The notes under the pieces: generated by a model | The model's database searches: none | Told to the model about the DNA's origin: nothing | What the model saw: the letters and a program-made list of their open reading frames with translations, nothing else | Part shown: in pieces, positions 27,950 through 39,052 of the stretch | How positions within the stretch are numbered: position 1 is the first letter of the stretch | Layout: each line of letters starts with the position of its first letter | Assembly (NCBI GenBank): GCA_000697335.1 | Contig: JNEM01011145.1 | Location: 1-39,052, forward strand | DNA from: Conidiobolus incongruus B7586 | Taxonomy: Eukaryota | Length of the DNA stretch: 39,052 bases | Reading direction: 5' to 3' | Translations under genes and position numbers: made by a program

Positions 27950-29106
27950 AATTTTTTTGATTAAAAAATTAATTTTTTAAAATTAGTTGTTTAATTTAAT
28001 CATGTTTAAACCAAATAATAACCATCAAAAGTTTTTTATTTTAGTATTAGTAAAACTTAACCACAAACCCTCTAAAATCATTTAAAATTTACAAACAACT
28101 TTTGGTAATAAAGTATTATCTAAATCAACAATTTATTACTAGGTAAATTACTTTAAGGTTAAAAAAAAAACTACCTAAAACTTGTTAAAATCTAAAAAAT
28201 TAATTTCAACTATTATTCTTTTAATTATTAATAAAGTAAAAAATTATATTGAAAAACACTTTTTTATTTTAGTTAAAGAATTATCAAGATACTTTAATAT
28301 TAGTTACACAAGTATTTTATATATATTAAAGTTTAAATTAAAATTAATTAATAAAAATATAAAATAGATACTTTATAATTTAACTAAAACTTAAAAAAAA
28401 GTTAGAGTAGCTATTATTAAATAAAACTTACTAAAGTATAACTAGAAACCAAAGCTTTTACAGTAAATTATTATAATTAATGAATTTTAAATTCCTTTAT
28501 ATAATCTTTTATTAAAATATAAATCAAAGTGTTAAATTAAACTAAATCAACTTTTTCTATAAATTCCTTTAAATAAACACTTTATTAATAAGTGAATGTT
28601 AATTATAATAATAAATTATAATAGTATATACTATTCTTATTTAATTCTTAAAGAAAAATCTATTAATAATAAACTTTATATTTCTTTTTTAAATAAAACT
28701 ATTTTTAATTAGTATTCTCAATATAATTTAAAAAAACTTATTATTTTGTATGATAATTATAAAATACATAAATCTAAAATTGTAAAAAACTTTCTAATTA
28801 AAAATAACTAGAAAAAACTACTACATCTAGTATATTCTTTAGATTATAACTTATATAATTATAATTGTTTTAGGTAATTAAAAAACTAGCTTATAAAAAA
28901 GAAAATTTCTACAGGAAAATTTAATTGGTTTGTAAAACATCAAATTTCAGTCTTTAATAAAAAGAACTATTTTTTAAGTGTTAGATCTTTGTTAAAAATA
29001 TAGCAAAAAGTTATTAGAAATAAAAGAAATTATTAATTTTATATTATATATTTATTTTTACTTTATATATATTAAAATATTTATTTTTTTTCAATCACAA
29101 AAAATT
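27950..29106 (+). mobile_element. Degenerate mariner (DD34D) DNA transposon; boundaries approximate
   Basis: Contains the transposase pseudogene below. It is flanked by imperfect inverted sequences AATTTTTTTGATTAAAAAA (27950-27968) and TTTTTCAATCACAAAAAATT (29087-29106), with a (TA)n run just outside the left copy. The true ends may lie 10-20 bp further out. Confidence 0.75.
28002..29036 (+). pseudogene. Mariner transposase pseudogene, 344 codons, no frameshift, about 17 in-frame stops
   Basis: Single-frame translation with mariner consensus in brackets: KPSKII*NLQTTFGNKVLSKSTIYY*VNYFK (HTH1), LLKSKKL (LPRSGRP), K*ILYNLT (WVPHEL), IIINEF*I (TGDETW), LYDNYKIH (HDNARPH), LLHLVYSLDYNLYNY (PHPPYSPDLAPSDY), SVRSLLKI*QKVIRNKRNY* (GI..LP.RW.K.I...GDY). 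The second Asp (28752) and third Asp position (28857) are separated by 34 residues. Confidence 0.92.
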
Positions 29107-30446
29107 CTTATTATTTAAATTACAAAGTAATAATAATATTTTTGAATTAATTTTAACTAAATTCAAATATAAATTTAAATTATAAGCCAAGAAAAATAAA
29201 TTATTATTTTACAAAATTAAATCATTTGAATAGAAGATTCAAAAGGATTGAAGAAGCATTTCTAATATTTAATATAACTATCTTATCTATCAGTAAAAAT
29301 TTTTCTATTTAGATATAGAAACTATAATTTCTTTGATATATACCATTTAGCTAAAGATACTACAAAGTTGTTTTAATGGATCTATTAGTTCAATGACATT
29401 ATTACTATGTTTTACTAATATTATTTGACTCATATTCTTGAAGTTTAATTTTTATACAATTTTGTAATATAATTTATTCATAAATTTAATAATCATATTA
29501 CAGCAGAGTAAATTAGGAATTGAACTATGGAAAGGATTTTCCAATTTTGTCATTTATTGATATTAAATAATTTTTGGAATTATTCATTTTATTTTGAAAT
29601 TTGATATTTTATAAATGGAATATATTCTTTTGAAAATTATTATTATTATTATTATATGTATTTTAATAATATAAAAAACCATATTGAAACTATTGAGAAT
29701 TGATTATTTCAGCTAATTCTATATCTCAAAAGAATCTATTGAAAAAAATTTGTGAGAGTTTAAATTTGTTAAAAATATTTAATGTCATCATATAAATCAT
29801 AATTCATTAAATCTGATATTAGGAAGATTTGAAGGGATTTCAAATGATTCCAATTAATAATATTGCTGATGTTGTGTTATAATCTCCCAACAGTTCTATT
29901 TAAAATTTTGTGTACAGTTTTTAAAATACATAGCCTTACACCGCAAATTATGTTTTCATTGAATAGAACTTTATCTATTTTCACAAATATTGTTGATTGA
30001 TGTTTGAGTGAAAAAGATAGAGTTTGATTAAAGCTTGACAAAAGCTGATTCAATACAAATAAAGATTTTGAAACGATGCTATTGTGGCACTTGATACTTT
30101 TGAATTGACACCGACTATCTATGTCTTGAATTTTGAATCTTCAAATCGATCGAAAAATTGTCCTAATTCATATCAATCGCGCTCATTTTAGATTAAGTAA
30201 AAAATGGCCATGTCACACTTGACATAGAAAAATACCACAGTTTTCAATATCTATTAGTAATAGAGTAAATGATGCTTATTTAATTAGGCTATGATTTCAA
30301 CACCAAGCTGATAAACAATTGCAACTTGGACCAATTAAATTCACTATCCTGCTTTCCAGCATTTTTAATAGGCTAAATTTTTTGAATCAATTTCAATCAC
30401 ATATCAATTAATTTCAATTCACTGATATTTCAAAATGCTCAGATTG

Positions 30447-30454
30447 TATAAAAG
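30447..30454 (+). promoter_or_regulatory. TATA box (TATAAAAG) of the thioredoxin reductase gene
   Basis: Consensus TATAWAWR 78 bp upstream of the ATG at 30525, set in locally more GC-rich sequence. Confidence 0.5.
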
Positions 30455-30524
30455 GGCCTTTCATCTCACTACCACACCAGTATTAATCAAATCAACTTAC
30501 TTGAATTCTTTAAGAAATTTCACA

Positions 30525-31648
<1,124 letters not shown>

Positions 31649-34452
31649 AACAAAATTATTAAGTTTTTGAGTCAACCTTAATTAAATACTTAATACGAAT
31701 CGAATTAATCTATTTTAATAAAATGTACAGTTAAGTAACTATAAAAATCACTCATTAATTTATATATATAATATTCATATACTTACTAACAATAGGTATT
31801 ATTTAAATATATTAATTAAATTTTTCTTATCACTTCCAATTGTGATAATAATATTGAATATCTTAATATAGATCAAGTAATAATGCCTTTAACATTATTA
31901 AGTATTTATTAATAATTAGATAATAATAGATCAATTTTTAAACAATATAATAATATTTAATATATTTATTATATATTTACATCTTTTTTATCTAATTTGA
32001 TTAATGATACTTTGTTAGCCGTTTCGACTAGAAATATACTTTTATTTTATTTTATGAAATTCAATTAATATATCACAAATCCTATAAAGAGGGAATATTG
32101 CTTGCTTTAAGCTTATAGATTTTATTATCAAATTTGAATAATTGTTTATCATGTGAAAAACATGGTAATGACTGTTGTATTAGATATAGCTATATGTTTT
32201 GTCCTTTTTGAATAATGCAAATTATATATTAGCTCAATAACAGTTAATGATTTGAAATATTTATAAATTGATTAGTTAGCATATGAATGGATAAAGAAGA
32301 AAGCATAAATATATTAAATTAATAGTTTTTGAAATCCATTTATTTTTATCAGATGATTAAAAATTGTGAAATGAGTAATGAAACCAATTTACTTAATATA
32401 GTTATATGAATAAATTATATATTTCTTATCAGATTTTTATATGAAATATTTTATATTAAATTATCTGAAATTTGTATATTAAAAGTTTCAATTAATAATT
32501 CTAATATTTATATTGAAACTTGGAATTATGGATTCCTAATTATTAATAATATATATCAATCTATTATATAAGTAAATATAAACAATTGGTATATCAAATG
32601 AATATTTCATGTAATTGTAAAATTAAAACATATAACAAATAATCCATTTTGAATTCTTATTTAAGAAAATATTGTTCAATAAGTATTTCAATTTCCAATA
32701 AATCATATGATTTAGAGTATTTGTTTTTACTTGGCGATGTTATTTAAATATATGACATAGTCATTTATATTTGCTCTTCTGAATTAAGCATGTCATTGAT
32801 AATAAAATAAATTATTTGGGGACTTTTAATTTGAATATTGTCTAATTTTTTTATTAAATTAAAATGAAAAGTTGATTTTATATTGAAAATTGATATTTTT
32901 ACAAGTTTATCTTTTTAATCTTATTATGAGATTATTATCAAATTAATTATTAAAATTTATAATACAAATTAGGATCAATTTTCTTATTGGGATGATATAG
33001 GCAAAAATAAATAAATAGAGTTACTATATAGATATTTCAATGTAATATATAAAATCAAAAACAAAGTAATTACAATTTTTAAGATCATCATTATTTAACA
33101 CCCAGAGAATAATTTGAATAATTTGAAAACTGAAATTTCTCAGGTAATACTAATATATAAAAACTAAATTTATAATGCATAATAATCAATTCCATCTCTT
33201 AGTAAATGATTTAAAATACAAAAAAAATTGAATATAGTTGTAATTTAATAATGCAAATCAAGTCGATCAATTATTATAATACTTGAAAACTCAAAACTAT
33301 TGAAGGTTTCCTTATTATATATTTAAGACAATATATTTATTATATATATATATTGATGAAATTAGTCAATTGAAAAATCCTTATAAATTATATATTTTAT
33401 AATTTTTTGTATTAAGAAATAATCCTAATATTATTAAGTTTACATAGGTATTTATATTTAAATAATTCATTTAGTTAATACTAATATTTAAATTCAATGA
33501 ATACTCTGTAAATAAAATAATATATACAAACTTAGTTGATTTAAGATTTTGTTTATAATTGATGTTTATTAATTTATTAATATTATAATTTTATCATGAT
33601 ATTGAAAATACATGAGATATATAAAATTTTTATATATGGTAAATTAAGTATATAATTTCATATTAATGATCAATCAAAAATTTTAAAATATAAATAATAA
33701 ATAAATAAAATGATTGAACTATAATAAAATTAGTAAGCATATTTTATTATAGGTAATATTTGAATATATTATTTAAAGTAATTGATAAATATATTGATTC
33801 AAATATATAAAGCAAACAATTATTTTTAGTATACTTAGTTAATAAACCTATTGAGATATAATAAATTTAAAATTGTTCTATTCTAATATATATATAATCT
33901 ATAATTGATAATTCAAGAATTATTATGTTAAGTGTTTGAAAATATATGCTTGTATAATATTTTGCAAAAAATTGAATTAAATTAAATTTAAAAATTAATC
34001 ATTTTATTTTAATCTAAAATTAGAAACCAATATTTAAATTATTTCAAAATTGACTATATATATATATATTATGTATTATTTGATATTATAGATGGTAAAA
34101 AATATAAAGAGTATGATTTAAAATCTTTAAGTTCATTTTAAACATATTTAAGTTTTATACAAATTATATAAATAGATAATATGATTACAAAATTAATTAA
34201 AATTGTAAGCAGTAATTAAAAATATTCTAAATTGCAAGGATTTTTAATCAACTTTATTCATATATTGATAATAAGTTATAAAAGTCATTCTCCAAAGTTT
34301 TTTGTTTATCTTACTGGTCTTTGAAGTATATTAGTTATAACAAAAATTATGATTAATATCTACATTATCAAAATTGAATATGCAATATTACACTCTGAGT
34401 GAAAATAAGTGATATATAATATGGACTCTGCTCAATTCTCTTTTTACTATGC

Positions 34453-34709
34453 ATTATATATAATATATTTAACTAACACTTATATTCTTCATTTTTAGTT
34501 TCAGATTAATTTCTGTAAAGTATGAGAAAAAATATTTAAGAACACTAATAAACTGTCATGTTTAAATATAAACAAAGTATAATAGATAATAACCAAATAT
34601 TTGTAATGGATCTACTTTTTCTAGAAATTTTTCTCCTTTTGTAAACAAAAATTAATCTGAAACAAAAATATAAACAATAGAAGTGTTAGTTAAATATATT
34701 ATATATAAT
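34453..34709. mobile_element. 257-bp foldback / MITE-like element with about 90-bp inverted arms
   Basis: ATTATATATAATATATTTAACTAACACTT (34453-34481) is the exact reverse complement of 34681-34709. Similarity continues inward (GTTTCAGATTAATTT / AAATTAATCTGAAAC; GAGAAAAA / TTTTTCTC). No coding capacity; TA-rich ends. Confidence 0.7.
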
Positions 34710-36659
34710 TCTTAAAAACAAGAGTAATAAGATGAATTCGTGTTATATATCATTGATTATTAGCGAGAGCATAATATGATATATTTAATATTGAAATCAT
34801 ATATATTATCTATTTAATGATAAAATCCAAAATAGGAACAAATTATCTTGATAGGATGGAATTTAATTGTTTTGTTTGAATGTTTACTTTTTAAACAGAT
34901 TTTCCTATATTACACTGTTTAATTATATCATTAAATCGAATCTATTAATTATTCATTAAACCAATCTTCAAACGTGAATATTAGTTTCTCAATATTTAAA
35001 ACAGTTTAAAATTAAAGTACTCAATACCAGATTTAATCAAGCCAAAACTTTATTAATTATTAATATAATCAACTAATTTTTTATATGAAAAATTTAAATA
35101 GTGAACAAAATGAAAGTAACCTAATTTTATATTTTCTAAGCTCTAGAATTCAATCTCATTTTTATTTGAAAAGAGAATAATAATCTTTTAGTGAATGCTA
35201 AACAAAATTTTTTATGTGCCAAGTGAATATTAGGTCAAAAGTAGAAATCTATTCTGTAATAATTAAGATCTAATATTGAACCGTTTCATATGTTGAAAAA
35301 TTGATATTTACCCCTGAAAATTGGTTTATGATTACGTACTTTTTTATATTGGAAAATCAGCTCGGATTTTTAATTGTGTAAACATTAATTGCACTTTATT
35401 ATAAATCATAATTTTATTTATCTATCCAAACATAATAATATTCACTAGTATTTGATTTGTGTCAATAGTTATATTAAATTGGATTTATATCAAAATACAT
35501 ATATCAATATAGTAAATATCTAATTTCTAAGCAGTATTATATAAAATTAATTCATTTTAGAAATCTATATCCAAATTTCAGCTATTATAATAATTGGCTA
35601 TTTAATATTATCATAAATACATCATATTTTCCACTTAAGTACAAAGTAATTCTATCCTAAATTCATAGTTCGAAATTACGCTTATTATAACAAGGTTTAT
35701 ATATTTTTGGTTATACGTTATGATATTGAGTATTTATTATAAACTAGTTTTCTCAGTTATATAATTAAGTACACTATGATATTATTAACATTGTATCCTG
35801 TATGAATTACATTCAATAAATTCATATATAGATCATCATATTAAAACATTATTTTAAAATATAGTTGGAAAATATTAATATATATCCAAACTAATTAAAA
35901 TATAAAACAATAACTATAAATTTGTTTTAAAGGTGATACTGTTTTTTGTATTAAAATAAATTTCCGAATATATTGATGTTTTTAAAAATTTCATTTAAAT
36001 CAATAAAGAAAAATAACTAGATTTTTAACTGAAATAGGCAAGGCCTTTCTACACAATGATATGAATGGGTTAAACTTTTGAAATTAAATTATGTTAATAA
36101 AATACTAATAATGTTTCAAAAATGCGCTCAATAAATCAATAAATTCACCTTATTTAATTAAAAAAATTTCAAATATCTACTTCATGATATTTTATATCAA
36201 ATGTAATCAATATGTGTATAAGATTAAATACATGTGATATATTACAAATAAAGAGTATCTTTTATTTTATATTAAATGATTATATTATTTGGTATAATAA
36301 TTCACAAAAATACTTATTATTCTAGTTGAATTTGATATATTGAATTAAAGTAATTAATTGGATATAAATTAATAGTAAATTGGGCAATTTATTTCAAGTT
36401 AATATTTCATAAAAATACACAAGCCATTTATAAACAAATTATAGTTTTAATTCAGCTCTGTAACGTATTAAATTCGATTGAATCAGTTTAAAATTCGAGT
36501 ATTTAAATATTCATGGTTACTACTTTTCAAAGCGTTGTTTTTTAGTTGATCTTTTAGTTGATATTTATTTTGAACTGTTTGATTCCATTGTTTATCATTA
36601 ATCAATTTCATTTAATTTCATTTTCATTTCTTTTGCTTTTTAATTAATTATTCAAAGAA

Positions 36660-38090
36660 ATGAAGCATTTTCAATATCTTGGATTGCTTTTAATTTCTAT
36701 TGCTGCTACACTTGATGATTATAGTGAACTATTCCCATACAATTACAAGGACGACATCACTGCTCAATCAGACAAAATAGTTTTGGGCTATTATGTCCCA
36801 TGGGGTCGTGTAGAGCCAGAGGCCCTTAGTTGGGGAAAATTAACTCATATTAATTACGGATTTGCCCTATTAACCAAAAAAGACCCCGTTAACCCTACAG
36901 TTGATCGATATTATGATGGAACTAGGATTAGAAAGCTGCAAAAACTGGGTAAAGAGAAAAATGTCAAAATTTTAATGACAGTAGGTGGATGGACTGGTGG
37001 TCAAACATTTAGTTTGATTGCAAAAGATCCAGAGATGAGAAAACAATTCATTAACAATACTTTGACATTTGTTCGTGTTAATACTAAGCCTGAATATGAT
37101 GAACATCCAGATGGCTGGGGTTTGGATGGGATCGATCTAGACTGGGAATACCCTGCGAGAGCAGGGGCTGCTTGTAACCTTGTGGATCCTATGGATAGTC
37201 AAAACTTTTTGCAACTATTGAAAGAATTGAGACAAGCTTTAGATATGGAATTTCCTAAGGAGAGGAAATTGCTAACCGCTGCGGTTCGTGTCCAGCCATT
37301 TGATGATCCTAATAAACAACCTATGACTAATGTAGCAGAGTTTGCAAAGTATTTAGACTTTGTAAATATCATGGCTTATGATATCAATGGAGGATGGTCA
37401 GCCACCACGGGGCCAAACGCACCAACTTTTCTCAATAAGGCTCAAGCGGATCCTTACAGTTTGAAGCAGTCGATCCAGGATTGGACAGCAGCAGGTTTCC
37501 CAAAACGTCAACTCGTCGCTGGATTGCCTTTCTATGGCCGTAGCCAGATTGCTGTAACTGACATGAGTCTCAACCCAGAATTACAGTTTGTGCCCAAATT
37601 AGCAGAGGTACCAAAGGGAGATCCATCAGATGCCAACGAACCAAATATGATATGTAACGAAGGTTCCGTTTATTCTGGAGTCTGGAAATACAAGTACTTG
37701 AGATCATTGATACTTGTTAAGGACCCAATTACTCCTAGTGATGGATACATTCGCTACTATGATAATACCACACAAACACCATGGTTATTCCGGCCTTCAG
37801 ACAAACGATACATTAGCTATGATGATCCCATTAGTTTGAAGGTAAAGGTTGACCTTGTTAGGTATATGGGGTTGAGAGGAGTGATGTTCTGGGATCTAAG
37901 TCATGATGTGAATGATGAGCTTCTCAATGTCGCGAACACGGTACATACTCCTTGGGATAGTTCTACTCCAGTTCCAAGACAATTCCTCAAAGATGAAGGA
38001 ACTTTACATAAAGCTAAGGAGCATGTTAAACCCAATCCATCAGTTTATCAAATATCTGAAGATTATAATCGCTTAACAAGATTTGCTTAA
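36660..38090 (+). CDS. Secreted glycoside hydrolase family 18 chitinase, 476 aa, intronless
   Basis: Signal-peptide-like N-terminus MKHFQYLGLLLISIAA; LTHINYGFA, KILMTVGGW, intact catalytic DGIDLDWEYP (DxxDxDxE), DFVNIMAYD, GLPFYGR, ISYDDPISL..K, GLRGVMFWDLSHD. Confidence 0.96.
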   Translation: MKHFQYLGLLLISIAATLDDYSELFPYNYKDDITAQSDKIVLGYYVPWGRVEPEALSWGKLTHINYGFALLTKKDPVNPTVDRYYDGTRIRKLQKLGKEKNVKILMTVGGWTGGQTFSLIAKDPEMRKQFINNTLTFVRVNTKPEYDEHPDGWGLDGIDLDWEYPARAGAACNLVDPMDSQNFLQLLKELRQALDMEFPKERKLLTAAVRVQPFDDPNKQPMTNVAEFAKYLDFVNIMAYDINGGWSATTGPNAPTFLNKAQADPYSLKQSIQDWTAAGFPKRQLVAGLPFYGRSQIAVTDMSLNPELQFVPKLAEVPKGDPSDANEPNMICNEGSVYSGVWKYKYLRSLILVKDPITPSDGYIRYYDNTTQTPWLFRPSDKRYISYDDPISLKVKVDLVRYMGLRGVMFWDLSHDVNDELLNVANTVHTPWDSSTPVPRQFLKDEGTLHKAKEHVKPNPSVYQISEDYNRLTRFA

Positions 38091-38503
38091 AATACAAGTG
38101 CAGAATTTTTAGATGATTTTTTAATTAGTATCTTTAATTATTTTAATTTTCAATAAATTTTAATATAATTAATTTGTAAATAATTTTTTTAAATGTATTG
38201 TTTGATCAATGAGTTGATCATGTATCCTTGTTTAATGTTTAAATGTTTTGAGAATTAGTGTATCATTGAAAAATGAATTCAAAATCCATAGTTGAATAAA
38301 AATCAACAGTCAATAAAATAATTTAAATTAATTAAACATTTTTAATATATATCAATTAGAATAATCAAATCTAAAGCTAATTTTAAAATATCAATAATAT
38401 GAAATATAAAAAGAATATTAAACATATTATGATAGTATTAGATATTAAAATTAAAAAATAAATAAATTAAAATATAAATTAAATTGAAAAATTTATTATA
38501 TTA

Positions 38504-39000
38504 TTATAAGCAAACTTTTTCTAAATTAATTGAATCTTCTATTATATCAAATTCTATTAAATCAATATTTGGATCTAATTCTTGGTTGACAGGTAAATGT
38601 AATATTTGATTTTTCCATTCTTGAATTTTTAATCGTAAACTTTCATTTTCAAGAAAAACAGGTACACTAAAACTAGTGATCAAATATTTTGCGTTTCTAA
38701 AAATAATTAAATTAATATTTATACATTTATATTGAAATTATGGTAGGATTTTTACTTATATTTCCCAATGAATTTAATAACATTAATTGTATTACCGCCT
38801 AAACTATTATCCTTATAATTGTTATTATTCATGTTATTATTAAAATATATAATAGGATAATTAAGTAAGAACCCGGTGATGGATATCATAAATTTTGGAT
38901 TTATACATAGCGAAATGCTATTCGATAATTCATTGGGATTGCTGAATTTTAAACTGTGTTTTAATTCTAACTTGAATTCTTCCAATGTTTGCTTATTTAA
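38504..39000 (-). CDS. 3' part of a DUF4504 (C1orf74/UPF0739-like) protein. Exons 39000-38756 and 38696-38504; 5' exons beyond the window end
   Basis: ITGFLLNYPIIYF...DNSLGG...|...LITSFSVPVFL resembles the G.LLGYP..Y / NCL / YSFSVP pattern I recall for DUF4504. In-phase 59-nt GT-AG intron, and an acceptor AG at 39002-39001. Confidence 0.6.
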
Positions 39001-39052
39001 CTATTTGTAATAATAAATAATTAATATAAAGAAATTGTAATAAGATTTTTTT

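Noticed and set aside
28182..28367. 61-aa ORF as a standalone small gene
   Set aside because: It is the longest stop-free piece of the mariner pseudogene frame.
28002..29036. Alternative genetic code, selenocysteine recoding or organellar insertion as the explanation for the in-frame stops
   Set aside because: All three stop types occur, two catalytic Asp codons and conserved Pro/Gly codons are also mutated, and flanking genes terminate with standard stops.
31700..34400. Extremely AT-rich tract as further hypermutated transposon relics
   Set aside because: Plausible, but I could not recover any protein motif or terminal repeat by eye. A repeat-library search is needed.

Overview
Eukaryotic genomic DNA with very AT-rich intergenic and intronic sequence and short GT-AG introns (28 resolved by hand, 47-74 nt). 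The gene content is fungal; an early-diverging lineage, possibly Zoopagomycota/Conidiobolus-like, is my inference and is not proven. Ten protein-coding genes lie in mostly alternating orientation: SPX-ankyrin Pho81/Nuc-2 (3' end outside the window), Sec16, Aquarius/Cwf11 helicase, Mdm34, proteasome ATPase Rpt1, eL29, Pol III subunit Rpc17, thioredoxin reductase, a secreted GH18 chitinase and a DUF4504-like gene (5' end outside the window). The main hidden feature, almost invisible in the ORF track, is a full-length 344-codon DD34D mariner transposase fossil at 28002-29036. It has no frameshift but about 17 in-frame stops, and its motif changes are C>T/G>A transitions, a RIP-like genome-defence signature. 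A 257-bp foldback/MITE-like element lies at 34453-34709. No rRNA, tRNA or CRISPR was recognised.
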